64,000 bases of DNA from Rhina ancylostomus (taxonomy: Eukaryota). Where the stretch lies: positions 46,909,830 through 46,973,829 of the forward strand of contig JARFYF010000007.1 in NCBI GenBank assembly GCA_030265395.1, written 5' to 3'. Below, one piece after another: positions 1-13,130 of this stretch (the first letter of the stretch is position 1; each line of letters begins with the position of its first letter). The notes under the pieces are model-generated. The model ran no database searches and was not told the origin of the DNA. It was given only the letters and a program-made list of their open reading frames with translations. Position numbers and translations under genes: made by a program.

Positions 1-29
1 TTTACTAACCCACAGGAATGTGGACACCC

Positions 30-188
30 AATTCAAAACAGAGATTGATAAAATTTTTTGATATTTAGAGGATATGTGCAGGAAATTGCTACTGAGATAA
101 ACGATCAGCCGTGGCCGTTTTGAATGACAGAGCTGGCACAAGGGACTGAATTGACTAATCCTTTTTTTTAATTTATTATTATGTTCTA
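30..188 (+). mobile_element. Degenerate CR1-type LINE 3' end
   Basis: gatcagccgtggccgttttgaatg...aagggactgaattgactaatcct resembles the chondrichthyan CR1 3' UTR. Confidence 0.55.
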
Positions 189-244
189 AGGGACAGATTT
201 GTGCCATAGTCACATGTTCAAAAAGGACTGGGTTGAGATAATTG

Positions 245-1420
245 AAATTCAATGTCTAATTTTACTGAGCTACTTGAAGAATTAACCAAGGAGGTCGAGG
301 AGGGCAGGATAGTAGACATGGTCTATCAGGACTTCAGTAAGCCCTTTGATAAGTTTCCGCATAGTAGGCTGCTTTGGAAAGGTAGATTGCATGGGATCCA
401 GGGAGAGCTAGCTGATTGGATACAGAATTAGCCTGATGGTAGGAAGCAGAAAATATTGTTTTTTGGACTGGAGGCCTGTGACTAATGGTGTTCCCCAGCG
501 CTCAGTGCTAGGCCCATTCCTATTTGTCATCTAAATCAATGACTTGGATGAGAATGTACAAGGCATGGTTAGTAAGTTGGCAGATGACACTAAAGTAAGT
601 GGTGTCATAGACGCTGAAGATGTTTATCAGGATTTACAGAAGGATCTTGATTAGTTGGGTAAGTGGACTGAGGAATGGTAAATGCAAGGTATTGCAGTTT
701 GAGAAGACAAATGAGGGTAGGACTTTCACTGTGAACAGTAAGGCCCTGGGGTGCGTCGTAGAACAGAGGGACCAAGGAGACAAGTATGTGGTTCCTTGAA
801 AGTGGCATCGCAGGTGGATAAGGTGGTGAAGAAGTCCTTTGCCGTGCTGGCCTTCATTTGTCAGGGCATTGAGTAGAGAAGTTGGGACATTATGTTGCAG
901 TTGGACAAGGTGTTGATGAGGCCACGTTTGGAATATTGTGTTCAGTGTTCAGAGATTTGTGAGGATGTTGCTGGGACTTGAGGGACTGATTTATGGAGAG
1001 AGGTTGAGCAATTTGGGACTTTTTTCAATGAAGCATAGGTGAATGAGGGGTGATCTTACAGAGGTGTATAAAATTATGAGGGGCATAGATAGGGTGAATG
1101 CACAGTCTTTTTACCAGGAATGGGGAGTCAAAACTAGAGGTCATAGATTTAATGTGAGAGGGGAGAGATTTAATAGGAACCTGAGGGGCAACTTTTTCAC
1201 CCAGAGAGTGGTCAGTATATGGAATGAGCTGCCAGAGAAAGTGGTTGAGGCAGATACATTAACAACATCTAAAAGGAACTTGGACAGGTATACAGATAAA
1301 AAAAGTTTAGAGGGATATGGGACAAACATGGAAAAATAAGATTAGTTTAGATGGGAATCTTGGTCAGTATGGACTAGTTGGGCTGAAGGGCCTGTTTCCA
1401 TGCTGTATGACTCTATGACA
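245..1420 (+). mobile_element. CR1 LINE, 5'-truncated RT to 3' tail, decayed
   Basis: RT motifs read through frameshifts (VDMVYQDFSKPFDK, GVPQ-SVLGP, ADDTK). ORF 1043-1339 RGDLTEVYKIMRGID...TRGH...FFTQRVV-IWNELP. Tail ctgtatgactctatgac. Confidence 0.93.
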
Positions 1421-1984
1421 TCATGATTCTATACATCTCCATGTAAGAGTATCTATTTTTAATTCCACTGGTGAACTAAGTACCATGAAGCAGGGGTAGA
1501 TACGGATGTGGTGGAAGCATAAAAGGCCGAGATAAGATTATTGATTACTGTGTAAAGTGTATCCGAAAGAAAATTCATATTAATTCAATAAAAGCTCATC
1601 AAAAGCCATTACTGCCAACCTCAAAAATATTTTACCAATATCTTTCATTTTTAAATTTTAATTTGCAAAATGGGAATGATTTGATTAATATATGAAGTGC
1701 TTGATCTCTGCCAATGGCCAAATGCATTACTCACATTGGCATTGAACCAAGCAAGTGATAGAAATTTCAGAGTCTGCTTTCCTGTGTTTACAATTGGCTG
1801 TCCTCATGCAAAAGGTAGTTGAGCTTTACTGTTAGCCTCAGTGCCTATGAGCCATGTAAAGGAAAATAGTCAGAATCTCAAAACTGATCAATATGCATTG
1901 ACTGGTATTTAAGGAAAAATACCTGTGTGACCATTTACAAACTTAGGTTAATTACTCCTCAGCAGTGCTGGTCATTCCTATAGA

Positions 1985-2572
1985 AGGGTTGTGTTGGTAT
2001 GTCCCCTTTGACACTCACCAACTTCTATTGATGCACCACAGAAAGCATCCTATCTGGATGCATCACAGCTTGGTACGGCAACTGCTCTGCCCAGGACCAC
2101 AAGAAACTGCAGAGAGTTGTGGACGCAGCTCAGCACATGAAAACCAGCCTCCCCTCCATGGACTCTGGTCTACACTTCTCGCTGCCTCAGTAAAGCAGCC
2201 AGCATAATCAAAGACCCCACCCACCCTGGACATCCTCTTTTCTCCCCCCTCCCATCAGGGAGAAGATGCAAAAGCCTGAAAGCATGTACCACCAGGCTCA
2301 AGGACAGCTTCTATCCTGCTGTTACAAGACCATTGAACGGTCCCCTGGTATGATAAAATGGAGTCTTGACCTCACAATCTACCTTGATATGACCTTGCAT
2401 CTTATTGTCTACCTGCGCTGCACTTTCGCTGTAGCTGTGACACCTTACTCTGCATTCTGTATTGTTTTACCCTGTACTACCTCGATGCACTGTGTAATGA
2501 ATTGATCTGTATGAACGGTATGCAGTTTTTCACTGTACCTCAGTACAAGTGAAAATAATAATAAACCAAACC
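1985..2572 (+). mobile_element. Rex1/Babar LINE 3' fragment
   Basis: TLTNFY-CTTESILSGCITAWYGNCSAQDHKKLQRVV (Rex1 C-terminal region). Tail ttttcactgtacctcagtacaagtga...aataaacc is shared with other copies in the window. Confidence 0.9.
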
Positions 2573-2574
2573 AA

Positions 2575-3440
2575 CCTCATAGCACATGCCCTCTAATCCA
2601 GGCAGCATCTTAGTAAACCTCTTCTGCACCCTCTTCAAAACCTCAACATCCTTCCTGTAATGAGGCAACCAGAACTGAATGCAATACTCCAGATGCGGCC
2701 TCACTAAAGTTTTATAAAGCTGCAGCATAACTTCCTGACTCAGTGCCTTGACTAACGAAGGCAAGCATACCATATGCCTTTTTTACTGCCCTATCAACCT
2801 CTGTAGCCACTTTCAGGCAGCTATGAACTTGGACCCCAAGATCCCTCTGCTCATCAACACTGTTAAGGGTCCTGCCATTAACAGCGTACTGTCTCTTTAC
2901 ATTTGATCTCCCAAGGTGCAACACTTCACATGTGGCCGGGTTGAACGCCATCTGCCAGTTCTACGCCCATATCTGCAACTGATCTATATCCCGCTATATC
3001 CTTTGCCAGTCTTCTACACGATCCACAACACCAATCTTCATATCATCTGCAAACTTACTAACCCACCCATGTACATTTTGATCCAGGTCATTTATACACA
3101 TCACACACACACCAGAGGACCCAGTACAGATCCCTGAGGAACACCACTAATCACAAACCTCCAGCCAGAATAAGTCCCATCAACCACTACCCTCTGTCTT
3201 CTACAGGCAAACCAGTTCTGAATCCAAACAGCCAATTCACCGTGGATCCCATGAATCTTAATCTTCTGCGTGAGCCTCCCATGGGGGACCTTGTCAAATG
3301 TCTTACTAAATTCCATGTAGACAACATCCACAGCTCTACCTTCATCAATCACCCTTGTCCCTTCACCAAAAAACCCAATCAAGTTAGTAAGGCTCGACTT
3401 CCCCCGCACAAGCCATGCTGACTGTCACTAATTAGGCTAA
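2575..3440 (-). mobile_element. CR1 LINE RT fragment
   Basis: ORFs 3101-3409 (VDVVYMEFSKTFDKVPHGRL...SGVPQGSVLGP), 2712-2951 and 2540-2773 (LYKTLVRPHLEYCIQFW). Confidence 0.95.
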
Positions 3441-3559
3441 GGTTTCCCAAATATTAGCTAATGTATTTTGGAAATGATTATGTCTATTAAATTGGTAAAT
3501 TTAATTGGAAACTTGTTTTATTATTGTCACATGTACACATGTACTGTTTTGCATGGATC

Positions 3560-3785
3560 TGTCACAATGTCGATTGAGAGCAAACTCAGAACCCAAATGC
3601 GGCACACTGATACAGACTAGAGTTAGAACAAACGCAGGCAGTAACTGGAAGGAATCTTGCCTCGGAGATCCAAAGATGAATCCAAACACGAATTGGACCT
3701 TCACAAGAGAATAGAAAACACAGGACTGCTCTAGAGTAAACCTACTCTAAGCAACTGGAACCAAAGTATACCTACAGGTAGACCA
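3560..3785 (-). mobile_element. LTR terminus, family A (Gypsy-like), running into a gap
   Basis: Starts TGTCACAATG...gagcaaactcagaacccaaatgcggcacac. The same sequence occurs at 24379-24590 (reverse) and 37081-37124. Confidence 0.7.
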
Positions 3786-4154
3786 NNNNNNNNNNNNNNN
3801 NNNNNNNNNNNNNNNNNNNNNNNNNNNNNNNNNNNNNNNNNNNNNNNNNNNNNNNNNNNNNNNNNNNNNNNNNNNNNNNNNNNNNAGGAACAGTACTGTA
3901 AGAAAGTCCACAACTACTTTCTAAACTGAATATTAAAGGCCCTCATTTGGTTAGCACCCTTAAACTGGTTGCAAGAGGTCATCCTGCTCAATTACCTGCA
4001 CTGGCCCTTCACAAAAATTATGTGGTCTGCTTAATTTAATGATTCTGGCATCCAGCCACTGCTATCACATTGTTGATTGTTTTAACTTAGCAGCAGGATG
4101 TCGAGCTCAGTGAGTGGCAATCTTCAGTTGAAACAATCCTCCATNNNNNNNNNN

Positions 4155-5780
4155 TTTATTGCCTATCCCAAATTATCCTTGAGAAGTAGCATCAAGCTGC
4201 CTCCTTGAATCATTGCAGTCCCTCCGGTGAGGTTTTCCACAATGCTGTTGGAAAGGGAGCTCTGGGATTTAGAGCCAATAATAATGAAGGGACAGCAATG
4301 TGCTTCCGTATCATGACCGTGTGTGGCCTCTAAAGGAATATGCAGATGAGGGTGTTCTCACACACCTGAAGCCTTTCTCCTTCTTGACTGTAGAGGCCAC
4401 GTGTTTGTGAGCTTCTTTCAGAATAGCTTAGGTGAGTAACTGCAGTGCATTTTATAGGTGGTATACACTGCAGCCGTGTGCATCACTGGTGGAGCAAGTG
4501 AATGCTTTGGGTAATGGATGAGGTGCCAATCAAGTGAGTTGCTTTGACCTAGAGAGAGGCAAGTTTTTTGAGTGTGGTTAGAACTGTACTCATCCAGGCA
4601 AGTGGAGAGCATTCCAATGCACTCCTAATTTGTGTGTTGCAGGTGCTGGAAAGGTAATGGGGTATCAGGAGGTAAGTTATTCACTAAACGATTCCCAGCT
4701 TCTGACCTGACTCTATTTATATGGCTTGTCCAGTGGCGCTNNNNNNNNNNNNNNNNNNNNNNNNNNNNNNNNNNNNNNNNNNNNNNNNNNNNNNNNNNNN
4801 NNNNNNNNNNNNNNNNNNNNNNNNNNNNNNNNNNNNNNNNGCTTCTGATCAATGGTGACAGCAGGACATTGATGATCAGGATTCAGTAATGGCAATGCCC
4901 TTGAACATCAAGAATAGGTAGTTAGGCTCTCACTTGTTAGAGATAGTCTTTTCCTGTGGTGTAAATGTTATTTGCAATTATCATTCCATGCCTGAAAGTT
5001 GTCTTGATAAATGCAGTTACAGACTGCTTCGTTTGTTGAAGAGTTGCAAATGGAATTGAAGATTGTGCATTCATCAGCAAATGCACCCGCTTCTGCCATT
5101 AGGATCTTACAATGGAGGAAAGGTCACTGATGAAGTCTGAAGCCGGCTGAGCCTGAGGAACTCCTAAGTGACGTCCTGGGGCAGAGTTGATTGATCTCCA
5201 ATAACCACAACCTTCTTTCTTTATGCAAGGTATGACTCCATCATTGAAGTGATTTCCCCTTGATGCCTATTGACTTCAGTTTTACTCAGGCTCTTTGACA
5301 CCACACTTGGTCAGATGCTGGGTTGTTGACAAAGGTAGTCATTCTCACCTTTCCTCACCTTCTGGAGGAGAGGTCCTGACAAAATCCAAATTGGGCATCA
5401 GTTAGTCAGCTTTTCTGGTGAATAAGTATCACTTGATAGCACCTTCCATTACTTTGCTGATGCTTAAGATAGCTGATTGGGTGATAATTAACTGAATCAG
5501 TCCAGTACTTTTTGTGAACAGGATATACCTCATCAATTCTACACATTCTGGGAAGATGCCAGTAAATGGACCGTAAATGTATTGTTTGCAGCTTGGCAAG
5601 AGATGTGGCTAGTTCTAGAGTGCAAGTCTTCAGTAATGCAGCTGGAATATTGTCTGATGCCATGGCGTTTATCCTGTGCTCCCAGCCAACACCTAGAATG
5701 AATTGAAATGGCTGAAGACTGGTGTGTGTGACAGTGGGATCTCAGGATGGAGTTGAGATGGATCATCCATTTAGCCCTCC
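4155..5780 (-). mobile_element. Old jockey-group (CR1/L2/Crack-like) LINE RT and 3' region
   Basis: ORF 5406-5663 DNIPAALLKTCTLELATSLAKL...VYPVHKK...NYHPIS, the pre-RT motif of this LINE group. Confidence 0.8.
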
Positions 5781-6219
5781 TGAATAAATGTTTGTAGGTG
5801 CTAGGCTGCATTTATTAAAGGGAAGGTGCAATGTGGCTGCAGANNNNNNNNNNNNNNNNNNNNNNNGGTGGGGGGTGAGGGGAAATCACTTGGGAGCTTA
5901 TTGCAGCTCTGAAGAAATGGGAAATCAGGCAGTTACCTAGAAATTACACGGTCCATAAATTGGAGCTCTAAGCATCCATCTGTTCATGTCAGTGCACATC
6001 AGATGTGACATTTAATTGTGATTGATATGCAGGTGTCTAAAAGTGCTTTGAACATGTAGCAGTTTGTTTCCCTTATTATTGCGATTTATGATGATTAACG
6101 TTTTGATAACAGGCACCTGCACAGTAACGTGCACATTCATTCACGTGGAGGATTCCAGCCTTTAAAGAACCCTATGGGAAATGTATAGCTGTGATTGTTT
6201 CTGCTGAAGCAGCTTCAAG

Positions 6220-6430
6220 GAAGGCAGAGCAATAGAAGGAGCATGCCGTTCAAGTGACGGACATGGGTCTTTCCATCCTTGTGGAGGAGGAGCTATGTCC
6301 ACTCAGCCACTGTTACCAGGGACTTCCAGACAAGAGGTCACAGGATATGACGGCAGAAGTGATTCCCTTGCCTAGGGGAGCAGTGCAGCAAGAAATTCCA
6401 TGAACCTCACTTGATTTGTCAGGGTTAATG
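6220..6430 (+). pseudogene. Harbinger Myb/SANT-like protein relic
   Basis: ILVEEE...cagtgcagcaagaaattccat (QCSKKFH, compare QCRKKFNDL). Confidence 0.55.
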
Positions 6431-6999
6431 CTCTTCCATTCTGAAATACAACTCACAAATGCAGCCTTGAAACAGATTCGGCTGAAGCCCTTGCTCACAC
6501 CACTCCTCAACTCAGACAGAATCATTTCCTGCACCTATCCCACTGTGGCAACCATTTCCTCAGCCACCTTCTTCCTCCCCTCACTGCCTCTGCCTTTATG
6601 TGAAAAAACTCAAAACTCAAAGCACACATCATCTGTTAAGTCACAATCATTGGTTGACAATCATGGTATTACTGCGCTTTAATATTAACTTTCATCTCTG
6701 CCTTCCTGGATAAACTACACTACAACCAGCACCAGTCACAACAAACTGGACTGGGACCATTCTAATCCCAAAGGTTGACCAGACTGGAGGAGAGGCTCCT
6801 CCTTCATATGGTTGTTGCAGTGCACAAGCCCATACCGTGCTGAGGATGTCACAGGTGTAAAAGGCAACCACTGGACCTTTATCATGCTTCCTCCCCACAA
6901 GGCAAAGAATATTCTAGTTGTGCATACCTGTGCGTTTCCCTAACAGTTCTGTGCGATCACCATTCATCATTGCCTTCACTAATGCAGAGTCTCGTGAGA

Positions 7000-7950
7000 T
7001 GCCACCAACCCAGACTGCAGTCAGTACGGCTCCAGAGAGGAGAAGTAGAAGGAATACACCTCATCATTGTGCCTTACATTACCAAGCCCCAGCTAAAATA
7101 CGAGCATGAAAAGGATTTGGCTGACTCATTCAGATTAGTAACTGAGGTTTTCCATCAGAGTGCAAAATCTGTGGAATGTGATCGTTGATAGAATCTCTGG
7201 TCATTTCCAAAGAGGACCACCCTTTGTCACTGCTTGTCAGCATTCTCCTGTTCTCCAACTTCGCTGCCGTCTCCTCCACCTTTTTCTCCCCAGCAGCTTT
7301 TGCCTCTTCCACTGATCATACATCTCTCCCTGGGGATATTCTTACACCTCATTCATCTCCCCCTTAGGGTAAGGGTGAGCCCTAATAATAGTGAGGTTAT
7401 AGCGAATGCACCTGATGATGAAGTTTCCAATCCTCTCTGGTGAGTACTGCAGGCAGCAGAGTATCCAGAATAATGCAGATATTATAAGCTCATCTTAGAG
7501 ATCCTAATGGCATTCTTCACTATGTTCCTGGTGTGTACGTGATTACTATTATAAAGACGCTCTGTTGCACTAGCTGGAGTATTGACAGAAGTCAGAAGCC
7601 AAGGAAGGAATGTAACATTAGACTCAGGAGCAGACCATTCAGCTGGAATGATCAGGCTAGGATTGATCCAGAGACTAATTTCAGGGTGATGACCACAATC
7701 ATTAGACCTGCTCAGCTGAATACCAAAGCAGAACAAACAGAGGAATCATTGCTTCAGCATACATGCCATCTGCTCTATCAGATTATATTTGCCGGAGGTA
7801 CATTTCCCTCATGCTGCTTATGGTAGTCAAAACCTATGAGGCTAGGGGACACTCCAAATCAGTGGCACAGCAGATGACTAAAAAATGAATATATGAAAGA
7901 AAGAATGACTGCTGTCTGGATGCTGGACTCTGGCCAACAAGGTACTTAAC
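7000..7950 (-). mobile_element. Ancient Gypsy pol relic (RNase H to integrase zinc finger)
   Basis: Minus-strand traces of DHK, PGKYNLI-AD, IIP and HQGIVK-like motifs, heavily frameshifted. Confidence 0.55.
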
Positions 7951-8699
7951 ACAGGGTCACTTACCAGCTAGGTATTCAAGAGTGAAATCTCTTCTAGTTA
8001 CATATCTATAAATTTATATGTGACATTTGCAATGTAATGTGAATGCATTCAATGGCATCCCACATTAATGAGATGCCCACATCTCTAATGTGCTTTGCCT
8101 GTTGCTCTTCTGCATGAGAAAATGGAACGTATTTGGCCCTGTAAGAAAGGAGAGCATCTGCAGCAGCTGAATGGGATATTTCATAGGTATCTCCAACTCC
8201 AGCCGTGAACGAGACAAATGCAAAAAGCCCGTGAGAATATAATATTGATGCTTGTTACTTTAAGACTGCCATCCCATTCATGACCTTGCTGTGTGACTAA
8301 TTCCTCTCTGGATTAAGTAATGTTTTGTAGAAACCTCCAGCAATGATCTGTGAAAAACCCTTTGATAAACTACAGCCACTTTGAGCTTCTCTTGCCTTGT
8401 GTATATAAAGATGGAATTTGGCAACAGACTTTATTGGAGGTTCAGAAATTACTGAGTACATATACTTTGCAATGCTGTTAACCTAAAAACCAGATTATTC
8501 ATAAAAAATACAATTTTAAAATATAAATTTAGGGGCCTTTTATTTTCAATTCCTTTGATCTTTCCATTCTATCCTTATCACTAATAAAACAGAGCAAAAC
8601 ATAAATACACAGAAGTAACAACAAACCCAGCGAAGTGGTTAAAGTCTTTCCAACAGTGCATAGCAAGTCCAAAAATGCAAGGGGCAGTCCTGCTTAGTT

Positions 8700-9150
8700 T
8701 TAGAGAATGAATTAGACAAGTGGCAATGGTAATAATGAGAGTATTTTGAAGGAAGATATCATAATTCAGTTAGATTTATTATACTTATGGAAAGGACAAA
8801 GATCATCCAGCAGTAAATATTTTATCCTGGCACAATGCTAGTTTTACCAGGCTGAGTTATGAACTAACAACTGGAAAGAACTGTGTGAAGGTAAATCAGC
8901 ATCTGAATAATAAGACGCATGCATGGAGGAAATAGTGAGGATCCAGACAACAAAATCTTCCCAAAATGAAAACCAGCAACTCCCAAGTATAGACATCAAT
9001 GAGTGTCAAGAAATATACAGGGTACTATAGTCAGAGGTGCCCCCAATGTGGTATTTGTCATATGTTCTTACAGAGCTCCAGCACATTGCAGTGCACAGGT
9101 TTGTAAATCTGGAATGCAATGGTGTGCACTTTGCAGGGAGCTAATCGTTC
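8700..9150 (+). mobile_element. Ancient Gypsy gag relic (double zinc knuckle)
   Basis: CPQCGICH...CNGVHFAG at about 9038-9140. Confidence 0.4.
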
Positions 9151-9829
9151 TCAATGGACCTGCTGGCTAGCTGTCAGTGCAATCCAGCCCATTGATTAAA
9201 TTGCTTTATACTTCCAACATCAAAGGAAGTACTGCCAAGAGCTGAACAGCTTCTCACTCTGTAAAGGGAAGAGTGGGAGATGTTCATACCAAAAACAAGC
9301 ATAATACTGTGACAGCCTTTCAATCACAGGTGAGAGTCATTCTCACACTCACACATCACTCTCAGAAATTGAATTCAAGTTGGGTGAGGGGCAGGGGGAA
9401 GAAAGTCTTCAATGGGAGGCTTCCATCATCCAGAAGCAATTTCCCTACAACATTTTCAAAGGAAGGCTGGGGAAACACTTGGTCACATGAAGCCTGGGGT
9501 CAGTGCTGAATGGAAAAAGTGCTTCCCACACATCAGTTCAAGGTTTGTGCTTCCTCTGGGCTGTGCAACTTAACAATGGGAGGATCTGTAAAATCATCTC
9601 TGAATAAATTGGGTTAGACCTGGGTTGGAACAGGAAAAATTGACTGTAGCTGGATGGAGAACAGGTGTTAGGCATCCATAATTTAGTAAGGACCTCCTCA
9701 CTGGATGATGTCACAGGGTCCAGCCACAACTGTACAAGTGAAAGGCTAGAACTTCTTTACTACCATCTCTTAAGATCACAATGGTTCTTGTAAAACATGT
9801 ATGCTCCGTTCATAATCTCTAATAAAGTC

Positions 9830-10900
9830 CATTGTAGAACATCCAGACACCAGGAGCTCAAACAAGGTGTGTGTGATTTATTCAGGAGCCCTTCTCACAT
9901 GATCTCTGAAACTGAGTGTTATTGCAGACCAGGGAACAGGTAGGCTGATCAGTCACATGACACAATCCTTAAAAGGGTGACGGCTTTGAAGTAACAAATA
10001 TTGTTTACAACTACTTTTGCACAGTGCTTTGCCTTTTTGTTTACAAAACATAAAGTGACTTAACATATTTACAAATTTCACACCTTTGGTTGAGACACAG
10101 ATTGCTGCACCCGCTGTGATGCTGGTGTAACTTGAGTTGAAGCTGGATGTTCACCAGGAGTTGTCAAAACATTCATCTCTGGGCTTAACATCTTCTTACG
10201 TTGGTTCCTGTTAGAAACATCGCATTTGGGCTCAAGTCAGAAACATCTTCAATTTCACAAGTCTTCCTTGCTGTACCATTAAAGACTTTACAGAATTTTT
10301 CTCTAATTTTTACAAGGTTCATTCCAAGATCTCTACACCTCCACTATCTCCCCGGTATCCTATCTCGGAGCTGTTTGGAAGTCTCAGTATATGCACTCTC
10401 TCATGCAGACTGAACCTCTTTTCAGCTGGTATCATGATAGTTTCCCTGTCTTAGTCACCTCTCCTCTGTTCCCTTTCCAAATTGGACTGAATGAGACCCC
10501 ACAAAGTTCTGAGTCTTCCATTCATTGGCATTTCAGAAGGAGTATGCCCTGTTGCTAAGTGCGACATTCGTCCATTTAGGAGAAGTGCGTCAACGATGTG
10601 TTGTTGAAGTTCATTCAACCTTCCATAACCTTTTACTTCATTGCATCCCTTACTAATGAACTGGAGTTTCTATTTCCTTATTTAAAGCTGGAAGGGAATA
10701 TATTCTCAACTTCTATCTTCTACTTGCTAATGGCCCTTTTCTTAACTTCTGGTCATGTGTATCCCTTCCCATGATGCAGTAGCCTGACACTGTGTCAATC
10801 TCAATGACTTGATCGTAATTTTGAAATTACTGATATGTACTACTATTTTGACTGTCTACCCACTGTCTAATCATACATACAGAGTTCTTGCTTTCTGCTA
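9830..10900 (-). mobile_element. Probable decayed LTR plus internal Gypsy sequence
   Basis: TGT start, reverse polyA signal (tttatt), LTR-like composition. No clear protein motif. Confidence 0.3.
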
Positions 10901-11029
10901 CTGAGTCACCTGGCAGCTCTGAACCAACATAGTGAGTAACTCCTATCACAATTGTAGCAGAATTTTCCATCCCTCCACTTTACATGACACTCATGCTCAC
11001 ATGACCTGGATTCAATATTGGAGCTATAC

Positions 11030-12195
11030 CTACCACCCCACGAGCCTCTATATCCAGCACATAATTCTTACAACTTCTGCCACCTTCAGACACATCTTCC
11101 CCTCCCCCTCTCTGCTTTCCACAGTGATTGCTCCCTCCACGACTCCCTTGTCCACTCATCCCTCTCCACCGATGACCCTCCAGGTACTTATCCCTGCAAC
11201 CGTATAAAGTGTTACTTTCCCTACACCTGCTCCCTCACCGCTATTCAGGGCGCTAGGCAGTCCTTCCAGGTGATGCACTGCTTTCCCTGTGAATCTGAGG
11301 GCTTCATTTATTGCATCCGGTGCTCCTGGTACAGCCTCCTCTATATCAATGAGACCCGACATAGATTGAGTGACCGCTTCATCGAGCACCTTCGCTTCAT
11401 CCACCACAACAGCCAGGGTCTCCTGGTGGCCACCCACATCAGTTCCACATCGCACTCCCATACTGACACGTCTCTCCGCAGCCTCCTCTACTGCCACGTT
11501 GAGGCCAGATGCAGGTTGAAGGAACAACGTCTCATATTCCATCTAGGTAGTCTCCAACCTAATGGCCTCAACATCAATTTCTCTAACTTCCAGTAATCCC
11601 TTTCTTCTGTTTTCCACCCCTTCCCCCCTTTTTGTTTACCTTGGCCTTCTCACCCCTCTGTTTCCCGTCTCCCACCCTCATGACGTGGCCACTACCTTCC
11701 TCCTATTCCCCACCCCCTTCCCTTTATTCCATGGTTTACTGTCCACTTCTAGCAGATTCCTTCCCCTTCAGCCCTTTGTCTCTTGCACCTATCACCTCTC
11801 AGCTTCTTGCATCATTCCATCTCCCCATCTCCCCTCCCCCACCCACCTCCNNNNNNNNNNNNNNNNNNNNNNNNNNNNNNNNNNNNNNNNNNNNNNNNNN
11901 NNNNNNNNNNNNNNNNNNNNNNNNNNNNNNNNNNNNNNNNNNNNNNNNNNCCACCTCCCTTCCCCCTCTCACCTGGACTCGCCTATCACCTGCCAGCCTG
12001 TGCGCCTCCCTCTCCATCTCCCCTCACCCTTTTCATTCTGGCTTCTGCCTTCTTCCTTTCCAGTCCTGATGAAGGGTCTCGACTCGAAATGCCGACTCTT
12101 TATTTCCCTCCATACATGCTGCCTGACCTGCTGAGTTCCTCCAGCATTTGGTGTGTATTGCTCCAGATTCCAGCATCTACAGAATCTCTTGTGTC
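11030..12195 (+). mobile_element. Penelope-like element: GIY-YIG endonuclease region plus 3' pseudo-LTR
   Basis: ORF 11018-11596 F-CESEGFIYCIRC...LLYINETRHRLSDRFIEH...EQRLIFHLGSLQPNGLN, followed by a C/T-rich tail and a hammerhead-like motif. Confidence 0.93.
12062..12097 (+). ncRNA. Minimal type I hammerhead ribozyme motif (mutated)
   Basis: agtc-CTGATGA-a-GGGTC tc GACTC-GAAA-tgcc-gact. Confidence 0.7.
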
Positions 12196-12689
12196 TCAAT
12201 ATTGGAGCTGCTGTCATTTCTCTTGCCATTACTCCATACCCACCTTTACACTAACATTCTGTACAGTTGAATGCCCTTTCAAATGTTAGACTATGAATGG
12301 TGGGTAATTTGGATTGCATTTGTTTATTCAGTAGTCTATACTCAAACTTAATGTGCAGTGTATGATCCAACAGTTTAGTGAAGCTGCAATGCAGTGACAG
12401 ACCCTTCACTGCAGTCATGTAGCCACTAATAGTCTCTCCAGAACACTGGTCACAGGTTCCAAACTAATAAAGTTCCATAATCTTTGCCATTATTGGTTTG
12501 AAATGCTTTTGTAACTTCTCCATGAAGTGGAACACAGATGGTTCTACAGAGTACAAATAAATTGCTAACANNNNNNNNNNNNNNNNNNNNNNNNNNNNNN
12601 NNNNNNNNNNNNNNNNNNNNNNNNNNNNNNNNNNNNNNNNNNNNNNNNNNNNNNNNNNNNNNNNNNNNNNNNNNNNNNNNNNNNNNATG

Positions 12690-13130
12690 AAAGACTCCAA
12701 CACTTTGTCACAAACACCGAGGTTTCCACACCTTGTCATTCCTATTGAGGTCTGTGACTGGCCTGAAGTTTTGAAGTTTGTATAGTCTACCACGTTAATG
12801 ATTACTTGGCTTGACATTTTTGTCTGCACTCAGTTCTGCATGTGCTGCTTTTTTTCTCATGTTAGAATCTATGCCTCGTACTCATGATGATTTATCATCA
12901 GCTTCAGATCCCACTTTACCAGCACAGTTATGACATCCTCAAAAATGCCATCTTTATTAATGGCTGTGATTCATCACTATCTTCAGCACCAGTGTAATGT
13001 GTGTGCACTCAGTGGGTTCTTAACCTCTAATGATGTCCATTGCAGAATGTTCAAATTTACCTGTGGAGTTAGGAGGTGTTCAATGTACATGTAGTTAATT
13101 CAAGGCTTCTTCACAGATTGCATCTGGAAC
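12690..13130 (-). mobile_element. Ancient Gypsy gag relic
   Basis: Traces of EHC, GAEDSESQ-L and RCGNLG-C gag-like motifs. Confidence 0.35.

Noticed and set aside
11018-11596. Domesticated intact GIY-YIG nuclease gene
   Set aside because: The ORF starts at a non-ATG codon, motif residues are altered (YINET for YIGET), there is no upstream RT, and it is followed by an ordinary pLTR
11562-12289. Pro/Ser/Leu-rich ORFs of 145-190 aa
   Set aside because: Pyrimidine-rich Penelope tail read through an N gap
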